From assembly GCA_038496445.1 (NCBI GenBank), contig JALMLS010000420.1, positions 434,001-498,000 of the forward strand: a DNA stretch of 64,000 nt, read 5' to 3'. The first letter of the stretch is position 1. Each line of letters starts with the position of its first letter. Below the pieces are notes generated by a model. The model made no database searches, was not told where the DNA came from, and worked only from the letters and a program-made list of their open reading frames with translations. Origin of the DNA: Trichosphaerium sp. ATCC 40318 (taxonomy: Eukaryota > Protista > Tubulinea). Shown here piece after piece: positions 14,214 to 26,549 of this stretch. Made by a program: the position numbers and the translations under genes.

Positions 14214-16913
14214 ATGGAAAGTGATGAAGAGAACCCAAGCGATATTGATGCTAACGAGAACAGAGAAGCTATTCTAGCAGCTTCAAGGATAAAAAGACAT
14301 GTAACAGGTCATGAAACTGTAGAAGAAATACATAAAGCGATAAAAGAAGGAAGAGATGAGCTTTATCATGAGATACAACACCATCACTTTCTACCAAAAA
14401 AACACACATGTACACCTTTATCCAAGGATAAAAAATACTTTATCACGTGATCCTACGCGCATTCTAACGTTATAGAGGGTATAGGTCACACTTCACTTCA
14501 AACAGCGCTATTTTTTACTGAACCACTCGTTGGTATCCTCTATTGCATTATTTTGTTTGTTAACGCCTTAACCTACGCCGTTTATTGTGCGTATCACGTG
14601 ATACCAAAAAATAGTTACACTGCAGCTTATTTTTACTTCTAGGGATAGCAAGGTCGCAAGGTAATCCCGGAGCTCGATGGGGAGTAAAGCTTGGGTTTTG
14701 GTCATTGTATTTGGGTAACGCCTGTTCTTTTTTTTTATGATGTTATTTTCCAACTTTACAAAAGGGCTTCTACTCGATAGTTATGTTGTCTTTAAAGTAG
14801 CTGGAACTGTCATTTGGGCAATGCTACGTACAGTGTTCTCTGCATCAAAGATATTTTATTACATTGCCGATAGACCCAATTCTTTTTCGGTGGCTGCTTG
14901 GGGTGCGTATTATTAATCTTCGAGAAAGAACAATCAAACTTTTGCTGTTCCGTTTCAGTCTTGATATCTTTATAGCACTTAGTCTGTCGTTTCTTACTGA
15001 TAGTGTGCTTGTCGGCATAACATCTGGAGCACTGTTAACCATACAGAGAGTTTGTTATGCCATCACAGTGTTGGGTTTAGCGCATTTTTTAAAGAACGCA
15101 CTTGTCAAGTATATTCGTAGTACGTCTAATGAAATAGCTCCTTTAATTATCTAGTCTATTAATACTTATACTTTAACAATAGCTGGAATGAATCATAAGC
15201 GTTATTGGAATAGATTACGAGTTTCTCTATACCGAGAAAGAATACTTCGTCAACTTCTTGCAGCAAATCCTGAATACAAACATTCAAGCAAACTAAAGGC
15301 AATGAGCATATTATCTGGTACGTTTACTTCTACTTTGCACACTTATTAATATACAATTAAGAGCATAGAACCTTCTCTAATGCAATCGGAGGTGTACCTC
15401 ATGTTGTAAGTGGTCAAAACACTTGGCACTGAATCGCACAATTCTTAAATAATTCTTAGTTTGAAAAACTCGTAAAAGAAATCGCAAAACCAAACGCAAT
15501 TACTGTCCTTTGTGCAGGATCAAGACTAGTTAATAAGCAAGAAGTCAATCACGCTGCTAAATGTGTAAGAGGATAAATGAGTCCTACCTTAAAGCAAAGG
15601 CTCTATGGCGGTACACACTAAGTTTTTTTCATTAGATTCTACGACTTGTTGATTTTGATGAGAAGGGATACATAACAAAACAAGATTTTTGGCCTTTTTT
15701 TAATTCTAGATGGCAAGCACGTGCTTATAAAATGTTCATAAAGGTAAGATTGTATGTTAAATAATACCTTTTTATATAATTGATGTAAGGATGAAACATC
15801 AGGGAACATATCTTTAGCTAATATAAGACAAACTTTACGTCAAGTTGTGACAAACAGGAATATTTTACTTCGAACTTTAAACAGCAAAGATGAGTACGTT
15901 TTTTTTTTTCCGTCTTAATTCCTATCTCACGTGGTTTTTTTTTTCTATCTTCAAATTGAGCTCATGGTATTCAATTTAGTATTACAAAAGTATTGAGAGA
16001 CTCACTGGGAGTGTTGGCATGGCTTGCAACAGCAGTAGCTTGTTTATTCATTTTCGAAGTTGATTACGAAAAGGTTGTTGTGCCGTTCAGTATGTGGTTT
16101 TGCTTTTGTATTCATTGTTGTTTACTTCTATATAGTCAGTGCTCTTGTGGCCATATCATTCTCTTTTGGAAAATCTGCGCGTGAGGCGTTTGATGGCTTT
16201 ATATTCCTCTTCGTCGGTACAGAGCAAATACAAAACTAAAATAATCAAAAAAACATAACACTGGATTAGTTAACCCTTTCGACGTTGGTGATGCTATTGC
16301 AACTAGGAAATTTAATCGGCTAGTAGTAGAAAAAATATCACTTTTATCTACTACAGCTGTACGCCCAGGTAAAATACCACACAACAATCACTTAACGCTA
16401 ATTAAGACTTTAGATGGACGGAGAATAATATTAAGTAATTTCTTGTTAAAACATGAACATTTAACGAACTACTCTAAAAGTCATGATCACGTGATGATTG
16501 CAACTTTAGAAGTAGATTTTGAAACGCCCAAGAAGAAATTAAGAAAGCTTAGAAAGGGTATATCACAGTACCTCGAACTATACGGCGACGTGAGCAAACG
16601 CATAGATTCTGTTCTCACTTTTTTCTTAGATATACAAACCAAACTTTTTATTCAACTACATTGAAGCATCTGATCAAAATTCTCTTATCATTGAGATCCG
16701 TGTCACCATACTTAACACTGGATGGCGTCAAACTGCAAGATTCCTTGAACGAAGGAACAACATATACTCAGTAAGCTGCGCTTGATTTCACCTGGTTTTA
16801 GTTTTCTAAGTTTGTGTTGTTAGGTCATTTCTACCGTATCACATACTCTTGGCATAAAATCATCATCCAAAGATGTTCATGTTAAACTAAAAAACGATGT
16901 TTCCGAGTCATGA
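14214..16913 (+). CDS. MscS-like mechanosensitive ion channel with EF-hand-like segment
   Basis: Multiple TM exons; DFDEKGYITKQDF; FSFGKSAREAFD; NPFDVGD; LVVEKISLLSTT; DGRRIILSN..LTNYSKS. Confidence 0.85.
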
Positions 16914-17264
16914 ACCACTTCTCAGAAGACTACACCAACAATATCTATTGTAAATAAATCCAAACACAGTTAATTTAATCTTGCATTACCCTATCATTTA
17001 AAGACAAGAACATTGGCAACTACGTTTTTAACTTTCGGTCGGAATCTTACGTTCCCAAATTCTCAACGCAATTTGAAGTATTGTAATAGCGTTATCTTTG
17101 TTAAGGATCTTACGTGAATCGACTTTTTTTAATGTTTTTTATTGTGATACAATAATCAAAGAAACAGATTTTTTACATTTTCTATAGTACAAGCACAGTC
17201 ACCACGTGGTTGAAAAAAAAAATTACAAGAAAAAAAGCGTGGACAACGATCATCATAATCCCAA

Positions 17265-20200
17265 TCATGCAGCCTCTTTTTGTGGAAGACTTAGAACATA
17301 TCGTTTTACAACACGTTGAAGATCAGTAAAATAAAATGGCTTTGATAAAAATTCGTTCATCCCAGACTTGAGAGCTCTCTCTTTCTCTTCACCAAGAGCA
17401 TGTGCTGACATTGCAACAATAGGTGTTTCTTTATCAGTTTGTCTTATTCTTATAGTAGTTTCAATACCACCCATCCTTGGCATCTCAATATCCATTAAAA
17501 TCAATGGAAAAGACATTGTTTCTAAAATTTTCAATGCTTCAATGCCATTAAAAGCAAAGACTGGTTTGATGTCTAAGCATCGTAAAAATTGTTTTAAAAT
17601 AACTCTGTTAACATCATCATCCTATATTAAAACGTAAATAGAAGCGAGAAAAGCAGCAAAACAAAGAAAAAAGAAAAGAAAATAATTTCTATTCAATCTC
17701 TTGTCATTACTTACCTCTGCAACGAGAATGCTCACTCCAAGGCATGTTTTTGTTTTGGCTCTTGGTTTACTTGCAACAAGTTTAGGTATTGGTTTTGTCG
17801 ATATAACACGTTTACGCAACTGTACACTCGAGTCTTTATCAAGAACAAAAAACCTCGAAGATACAGCTCGTTTTGTCTTGAAGGCACTCTTTCGTTTTTC
17901 TGGTGAAGTCTCATCATCACCACTAAATTGTATACTCAGTTAGTATCGCATAAAACAAATAAACAAAACAATATGAACAAAAACTCCAACGAACCCTGTA
18001 TGTATAGGCTGTTTAAAACGAGGTAGACTATTGCAACTCAAACTACGTCTCATTTTAGGTCGTAATATAGCAGACAAGTTTGCGTTGTATATAGGCATCA
18101 CACCAGGAAGAGATTGTCTACAAACAACAATGAGCAAGAATATAACACAAGAGTGCACTACAAGTAACTTTGGAAAAACAAGCCGAATAAAATGAAGCTT
18201 CTTTAGATTTTGTCCGTCGTCTCTTTTTCTTTTTTTTCAGAAAAGTGCAGATTCAATCGTACCTTCGCTCGAATATTAATGATGTCGCCTTTTTCTTTGT
18301 ATAGCGATTGATCTCTCTCCAATCACGTTGTTTTTTGATTTGATCATCTTTGAAGGGTATATTAAATGTAAATGTGCTTCCTTTATGACGACCAGCACTA
18401 AGATGAAAAAAATAAGCAAAAAAAAAACATATAAAGCAATAATAAGACCCACCTCTCAACTGTAATAAAACCACCCATCTTTTTAGATAACTGTTCGCAT
18501 ATAGCTAACCCTAGACCAACTCCTCCATATCTCTTCCGACTCTCAGAGTTAGCACGCCTTTAACAAAAAAGCTGTCAGTTCTTCTACTAATTAAAACAAA
18601 AAACAAACTCAAAAAAAAATCACTCGCTGGAGCTCTCAGAAGAGTCACAAAAACTTACCTTCCAATGACTTGAGTGAAAGCCTCAAATATGCGTTCTTTT
18701 TCATGTTCTAGTAAACCAAATCCTTTATCCTGTACAGCAAAACGCAAAAATCTCTTTCTTCTATTTCTCTTAACTGCAGAAATACCTTCATCTGAGCTCA
18801 TACGCTTTATACTTGCTCGATTAGGACCAATAAGCTTTCTTTGCTTTAGAATAGATTTATCCTTAACCATAGGAGATGAAGAATGGCGACGATGTGAACT
18901 TGTGCTTTTCTTTTTTTTAGCTTGAGCAACTTTTGTTCTAGAAAGAGATACAGCGATAATAACGAATGAATTAGGCGGAGAGAACTTCAATGCATTCGTC
19001 AATAAGTTTGTTAATACTTGACAAAGACGAAATTCATCACCCTGTATAAAAACATTAAGCAAAAGCTTCAAACAACATGCAAAAACTTTCACGTGTTTTT
19101 TTTTTTCTTTTTTGAGTTGTTTCAACTAATGTTTCTTTCTTCTTCATTTGCTAACATACCTGAAAGTAGTTTGGTACGAACTGACCTATCTCTATGCGAA
19201 CATCTATCTTACTACGTAGAGCCATAGGAGCACAATTAGCCATGGTGCTATCTATGAGTGCATTCAAATTAACAATATGATTATCAATTTCCAAGCGTCC
19301 TTGCTCAATCTAACAGACATTAAAAAAAACACCACACAAAATATACAAAAAAAAACATGAATTTTGTTGCGCTTTTTTGGGATCTTCACATGAAACAAAA
19401 AAGAACTTCTTCATAATTTTTTTATAGGTTGATATAAACACCAACCTATGAAAAACACGTTACCTTATTGAGATCAAGAACAGAGTTTATAATAGAGAGT
19501 AAATTTGTAGTACAAGATCGCGCAATACCAACAAATTTTTGTTGGCTCTCAGATAACTCTGTACTAGCCAATAAGTCCATAGAACCACTAACCCCAAAAA
19601 GAGGCGTCCTATCAGGCCATTAAACACATAATAATAATTCCAACAATACGAAAATAATAACGAAACAAAAAAAAACGTGATAAAACAAAACCGCGCCACC
19701 TCCAACAGAAAACCCTCGGGCGCGTATTTGGAATTCTTGCAAATAGAAAAAAGAAAAAAAACAATTCTCGCGCGAAAGTGCGCGACATGTGCGCAAGTGC
19801 TAGTAAAGCTAGCTCTCTTTAAATTGTTTTTTGGTCTTTTGTTTACCTTAGTTCATGACTGACGCTGCTCAAGAATGCTGATTTATGTTCACTAGCTGAA
19901 AGGAACTTATCAAACACGCTATTAGTCTCTGTTTGAAATGTTGACTGAAAGAAAGCATGCCATACAATATTACACAAGAAGGCAATACTACAAGTGAAGG
20001 AGAAAGCGGTTAGTATCAAATAAACACAAAAGATCTTCTCGAAGCTTTTTTTTGTAAAAATAAACAAATCCTTTACACTATTAACCCAATCATGGGTTTA
20101 TCAAGCGCGTGAGGGGCTTTACGAGCGAATCACAAGGTGAAATAAAATTTTTAATTCAATAAAAAAGATACGCTTTTCTTGCTTTCCCAACGTATTTTTG

Positions 20201-20997
20201 AAATATCTTAACGTACCATACTTGATTTACTGTAACGTATGGATCAAACTCTATACCGGATTGCAGTACATACGTAGTGAGCGGTAGAACAAAAAATGTT
20301 GGCAAGGCTATCGATGAAGGGCGTGCTTCTAGAAAGGAAGGGGAATCAAAATTGGGAAGACAAAAGGAAATAGGATTTTTAAGACTAAAACAATTACGTT
20401 GTTTTGCCTAAACAAGTAAACGATATTAATGAGTACCTGTAGAAACCTGCGCGATATGAAAGCCAACAGAAGCGCGTATTGACCATACAATAAAATGAGA
20501 AACTTTTGCTTGTGCTATGCCCAGTGCGATGTAAGGTAGTTGTACGATAACTATTGGGTGTATTGTTTTAATTTAGAGAATTATAAAAAAACTGTTTAAA
20601 TTATTTGTACTTGGGTAAATACGTGATTAACCCGATTACGTACCAGCTGTAATATAGCCGGACACATGCGTGCTACAAATACGATATTTTAAACAGCAAA
20701 TGACAATTAATGATGTTATAATCATCCCAATGATACCATACACTATTGTAAACAGTTAAAAATGAAGCGGTGCCGCTACAATTTACCTGCTAACGTAAAA
20801 TCGAATAATTCGTCGCTGAGCGCCAATACTGGTAGCTGTATGATACAAAAAGCGAGGCTAAATACTAATGCGAGGACTTGAGTCTCCGCACTAGTTGCTA
20901 CGCGTTTTTCTATAATATCATGCGTCCCAGCTACATAACGCAGCGCTGTAGTAAGTTTCATGATAACATCGTGTGCTACCTCCTTTACTCCTATCAT
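17265..20997 (-). CDS. Membrane hybrid sensor histidine kinase with C-terminal receiver domain; start approximate
   Basis: H-box KSAFLSSVSHEL, N-box GDEFRLCQVLTNLLTNALKF, G1 VQDKGFG, G2 GLGLAICEQL, receiver LILMDIEMPRMGG..FLSKP. Several hydrophobic N-terminal exons. Confidence 0.92.
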
Positions 20998-21248
20998 GAG
21001 TACTCAACAATCACTTGGGGTGTGCATGCGGTGTGTATTTCCGTAAAAAAAGGCTTGTGTGTCCGTGAACAATAAAGTGTGCTTTTGTTTTAAGTTCGTT
21101 TTGTCTTAGACGAAAAGCCGTTAACTACATCTCCGATATTATCATCAAAAACCGAATCTACACTTTACAATGTTTATTGTTTCATAATACATGAACTTTT
21201 TACCGGAGTTTGGGTTTTTGTTTTTGACCCTTTTGTTTTACCTCTTTT

Positions 21249-22676
21249 TTACGTCTCTTTTTCGCTGTTTTTGAATGAGTTATTAACTAATGAAAGTCTC
21301 TCTTGTGCTTCTTTTGTTTGCTCGTGAGATTCACCGTAAGTATTCATTGATTCTTTTAGAAAACAAGTAGCGAACTGTTTAGCTTTAATAAGATCTTCAT
21401 TATCACCATTAAAACCTTGTTTTGTATCAAAGTTTATATAAAAATAATTTCTAAGAGCAGCCAAGTGATCTTCTGTTAGTTCTCCTTGTTCGTTATAAAT
21501 ACATAGCGCCCTCGTATATAAAGCTTTAGCATCTGTGATATTATCTTGATAAAAAGCAGCATAAGCCATGTCACTCAAAGCCTTTCCTAAAAGCGTATTC
21601 GCCTTTGAAATTTGTCTTTTAAAAAAAACCCATTAATCAAAAAAAACCTTTGCAAGGAATAGACATGTACGTACGATTCTATCTCTGTAATAATGGAATG
21701 CACATGAATTTCACGTGCTGCTCCACTTGTTTCATAGTGGTTTTCTTGATCAAGTCTACGTAGATTAAGTTACTTAGTTTGAACTTCTTCGGAGTGTGAA
21801 TGAAAAAATGTCAAAGTGTTCTGTTTTTTGTTCAATAAAACTGTCAAGTTTCCTGAATGCGTACACATCTTCATCCAGGGCTTTAGACTCCTTCAAATGT
21901 TCATCCAGTGAAGTTAATGTTTTCTCCAGTGTCTTTACAACCGAACTCCTTATTTTTTCGCTTTTGTCCTTACAAAAAAAGTTAACGGATTGTTTTTACA
22001 GTGAAACCCTCTTTAACTTACAAAATCCTCTAACGTTTGCTCTAAATTTGCTATCTCTAGTTTTGTTGTAACTGCCAGTATGCTTTGCTTGCCTAAGGAC
22101 AAGTCGGTTAGTATTTAAATGTATTTGACACATGTCAACCGGAATGTCTTTTAAAAGGCGCACCATGGAGTATCTCCCTCAGTCTTAAAGCCCTTGTAAG
22201 TAGTTCCCGTCCTTTTTCGTAGCTAGGTGTGTATTAATGTCGCAGGTGATTAAGTAAACGTATAAAAGCTCTACACTTACTCTTTAGACAACAGCGCTGC
22301 CACTCCAGAATTGTGAAGCGCTTGTGCGAAGCTTGTATGGTTTTCGCCTACAGCGCTTTCTGCAATATCTAGAGCTGTGTTTAATTTCTCTAATGCTTCT
22401 TCATGTTTATCTGAGCTGTTTGTTAGCTAAAGTACATTTGTTTTTATATTGTTTTGTAACGCTAAACGTACTATGTCCCATGAGCAGTTGCCCTTCAAAC
22501 GTAAGGTCCTTGGCTTCATCTGGAATTTTTGTTTCTGGCACTAACTCTTCTGCAGGGTACGCAGCTTTAAGAATCGGGTCATAATCACGCCCTGGTTTAC
22601 CAGCTGGCCTTTTCCAAAATTTTTGCGCTGCCTGTGAGCGCTGCGTAGCTAGGCGCAATCCAACTCGCGAAATCAT
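21249..22676 (-). CDS. TPR-like protein, probably mitochondrion-targeted
   Basis: Arg-rich N-terminus without acidic residues (MISRVGLRLATQRSQAAQ); C-terminal helical repeats AKALYTRALCI and YGESHEQT (kinesin light chain-like TPR). Confidence 0.55.
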
Positions 22677-22775
22677 AGCCAAAAAACCGTCGTACACCAG
22701 TTAGTACATTACTAGCTGAGAAATGGATAAAATAAGTCAACAATTGTATTTTTTACGTTATTACGCTTACATAGT

Positions 22776-24115
22776 ATGGCATTAGCACAACGTGGCGTAA
22801 TTTTCGCTAACAGAGCTGTTTTTGAGAAGAAAAGAAAGCAAATTCGCGAAGATGGCCCAAAACGCTTTCAAGGTTCGATTTTCTGATATGATATGCGTAG
22901 TAATAACGTTTACTGTAGTCGTAGCTGACTTTGATAGAACATTAACTACTACAACCTCAATTGCTACTTATGGTATCATTAGTAAGTATGGACCGCTTAC
23001 AGACCACTATCGCGAGCTCATGGCGTCTTTGTATAACACATACTTCCCAATGGAGATTGATCCAACACTTCCAAGGGTAAGGGTGTAAAAATAGAAAGTC
23101 GCAAAGTCTTTGATTGTTGAAAGGATGTTAAAACAGAGAAAATGCTTGAGTGGTGGACGAAGGTATAGTTAACTGGTTCACATCTTTTGGCGACTGCTTA
23201 GTTATCACGTGGCAATCTCAACTTACTCTTTTTAGGCGAATCAAGCTCTTGTTGATGAGAAAATAAATATTAACAATTTCCCGGAAATGGTGACAGATGC
23301 TGGGGTTGTATTTCGAGAACGTTCGTTTATAAGTCTATTTTTAGCAAGACGGATTATAAACTTACCGATTTTAGAAACAAAGGAGCTTGTTGAAGCACTT
23401 GAAACGCGGGATGTACGACACGTTTTATTTTAATCACCAGTTGCCTTTTGCAATGAATTTTACAGCCATCACAGGTACCCCTGCTAGTTTTATCGGCGGG
23501 TATATCGGATTTGATAGAAGAGGTTGTGAAGTACGCATATCTATTGTATTTGCAACGCTTAATGTTGGTTTAAAAGGCAGTTTTGGGGAAGACTTTTTGA
23601 CAATATGCACGTGATATCAAACAGGCTCAAGACTAATCCAGCGGGTACTGTTGTGGGTATAGATGGCATGTATCTCATATTATGTTTGCTTTTACTAATG
23701 AAACTAGGTCCTGTTGTGCATGTACTCAATAAGAATGAGCATTCCATAAACAAAGGAGCTGACTGGTTTAAAAAAATGGAGCATTGCAATAATATCATTT
23801 TACTTGGTAAGCTGAATCTTTCCTTCATTGCTTGATTAACATTAATTGCTAGGTGACCACTTAGGTGATGCTCATATGGCAGATGGATTCCCTAACAAAG
23901 GATCCATCATTAAAATTGGATTTCTTAATGAAGAGGTAAGAGCAGTGAGAACAGGTTTACAAGTTATTCGTGTTTTTTTTCTGAAAGTTGTTTGTTAGAT
24001 CGAAAAGAATTTAGAAGAGTATAAATCTGTATTTGATGTTGTTATTCCTAAAGACAGCACTGAGCAGTCAATGCAATTTCCTCTTTCATTAGTTAATGAA
24101 ATTCTACAAGAATAA
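22776..24115 (+). CDS. NT5C3: Pyrimidine 5'-nucleotidase (cN-III/UMPH-1 family, HAD)
   Basis: VVADFDRTLT, YFPMEIDP, MLEWW, LSAGI, HVLNKN, NIILLGDHLGDAHMADG and KIGFLN motifs. Confidence 0.93.
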
Positions 24116-24482
24116 GGTGGATAGCCTTCTATCTCTGGCTGCACTCGATCTTCGTTTGTGCTAGCTGTTAATAAATGTACATTATTTTCTTTTGAAACCT
24201 TGCAACTGTAAGCCAGATATTTTATAAACCTTAGTGCTTTTTTAAATACAACAGAGACTATGTTTTTTTTTAATTTGTTTATTGCGAAGGACCACCACGC
24301 TAAAATCGGTACTAGAGTTACATTAATGCATCCACAATCCTTGATGTTTGCAGCAGGTGTTAGAGATCTAAGTACAGAAGCTTATAAAATCAGAACTCCT
24401 TTATACAATGCAGGCATGAATGGACATCAAAAAAAAAGTGGTATCATTTTCAAGAATTATTGAAAATTGGTTGTTTTTCTAT

Positions 24483-24985
24483 CTACTCGTCTTCAGCGTA
24501 GTTACAGATCATTTCGAAGATATCTGTGTTGCCAAGAAATGGTTTATCCTTAGCTAACTGAAAAAAGGCGCGTAAGTCTTCTATATCGTCAGAGATTTCG
24601 ACGTTGTCCAGTATTTCCCTAAATACGCGTTAAAAAGGTACGTACAACTTGTTTTTGTTGAAACGCACCCAATTGTCGCCCAGGGATCTGAAGTGCGTCC
24701 ACCTAATGCTTCATTTGGTATTTCATTGTCTTCCGGCGCTTCTTGCAACGTTTCGAATCTTTCTTTTGTAAAAGCGCGCATACAGAAAACTGCAGCGCCA
24801 TAACCGCCCATGGTGAGTGTAGCAAGAATTAAATTGCCACTATCTATTTGCTCTTCAAGGTTTTCCTCATATGAGTATCCCTTGTACCCCTTTCCTCCGC
24901 CTTTACCTTTCTTAGAGCGTTTAGGTTGTTTTTTGACAGTAGATTTTCTCTTAGTGCTGGAGCTTTTTTTTGCTGACTTGGACAT
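24483..24985 (-). CDS. Small hypothetical protein with basic Lys-rich N-terminus
   Basis: 134-aa ORF plus a short terminal exon after a GT-AG intron; no recognisable domain. Confidence 0.55.
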
Positions 24986-25322
24986 ATTTTAAAGGCTAAG
25001 TGAGTGGCGGGTGGCGTAGTGTTGCGTTCTATTCAGTTGTCAAAACAAAAAAACACAAAAACTTGTCGTATTCATTGAACCATCGTTTAAATTGAGCTCA
25101 AATTTTCCCGCTGAAAACGCAGATGGCCTTAAAGATAATACGTGCAATAGGTAGAAGGTAAGCGGCTTACTAACAGGAAGCACGTAATTGGCGGCATTTT
25201 AATTTCGAAAGAAATCATGTGTTTTGGAACTTTTTTAGTCAAACATGTGTCACTTTCGAAGCATAAAACAAACAGTTCCAACTCTTTATTTTGGTGCAAC
25301 CCCACAACAGAGGTAAATCCTT

Positions 25323-26012
25323 TTACTGTCCTGGCAAACCCTTGAGTGCCTTACACTCTCTAAGTGGTCCATTACAGTGGGTTCTATAACAGTTTAGATC
25401 ACCTGCATTACAATCTGAGCAAGCTCCAACAATAGCTAGGCAACCTCCCAATACTTCAACATGGCAAGATTTGTATGCAGCCGGGCAGTTCTCTTTGTAA
25501 CATCTGGCATCGCCTGCATCACATGATTGGCATGTGACGCTCATTGAAGAAATACAACCAGCCAAAGTGTTGACGGTTTGCTTACAATCATTAAGCGCAT
25601 CAGGGCAGGTGTTTCTGTAGCAATTGAAGTCTCCTTCATCGCATTTTGGACAACCGCCAGTGCGAGCAGCAACACATCCACCCAGTGTATTGACAGTGTG
25701 ATGACAAGCCCTGAATGGTCCATTACAGTGCGTTCTGTAGCAGTTTAGGTCGCCTGCATTACAATCCGAGCAAGCTCCTACGCGAGCAGCCAAACAGCTT
25801 CCCAAAGAAGCAACGCTTTGGTCGCATTTGGCGTAAGCTTTTGGGCAGTTTCCTCTGAAGCAATCCAAGTCAGTTGCATTACAGAAAGAACATGCACCAG
25901 TTCTAGATGCTATAGTGCCTAGGCACTGAAGCATGTATTCTGGTCTTGCGTTTGTAGTCGCAATAGCGCATGATAGTGCAATAAGCACAATAACAGTGTA
26001 CACAGAGGTCAT
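25323..26012 (-). CDS. Secreted Cys-rich protein with five tandem ~40-aa six-cysteine repeats
   Basis: Intronless 229-aa ORF with a signal peptide and the repeat LGxCxxxxxGxCxxCxxGDxxCYRxxCxxxxxxC. Confidence 0.9.
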   Translation of the reverse strand: MTSVYTVIVLIALSCAIATTNARPEYMLQCLGTIASRTGACSFCNATDLDCFRGNCPKAYAKCDQSVASLGSCLAARVGACSDCNAGDLNCYRTHCNGPFRACHHTVNTLGGCVAARTGGCPKCDEGDFNCYRNTCPDALNDCKQTVNTLAGCISSMSVTCQSCDAGDARCYKENCPAAYKSCHVEVLGGCLAIVGACSDCNAGDLNCYRTHCNGPLRECKALKGLPGQ

Positions 26013-26549
26013 GAAGTTGTACGGAATGGTAGAAATGTGTTTAGAGTTTTCTTAAGTCGTCTTAAACTTAAACCTTTACAAGACAGAATTAGAACCCTTA
26101 GTACTTGTGGTACCTGTAAGGAGAGGTGCTTTACAGAACTAAGATAACCTGTTTCCTATTTTGGTAGAACGTTCGTGAAACAAGACGAATTCGTTAAGAT
26201 TCTAAAAAAGGCTCGGCTTCTCCCTTCGTTCTTAGTCGTCTAGTGGTAGACATGCTGCTCTTGTGATACCTCAATATCAACGACGTAAACAACTTTAGTG
26301 GGGAGTTAGCATTCCGCGCATAGAGCATAGTTGCGAACTTGTTAGGCACCGTTGGACAATCACTTCACTTTTTTGCTAAGAACCGAATGGCTCGCTAAAA
26401 AAAAGCGACGGATGTATCGGTCAGCTGATAAAATTTAAACATGTACTGGTCCAAAGAAAATAAAGGAGATTGCAGGCGGACAAATAATAGCAATAACAAG
26501 CTTTCTCAAGACAATAAGTTTATGTTCTATCTAAATACTAATCTATTTG

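Noticed and set aside
26220-26300. tRNA-like A-box (gtcgtctagtggtag)
   Set aside because: No T-arm/B-box (GTTCRA) or acceptor stem follows.
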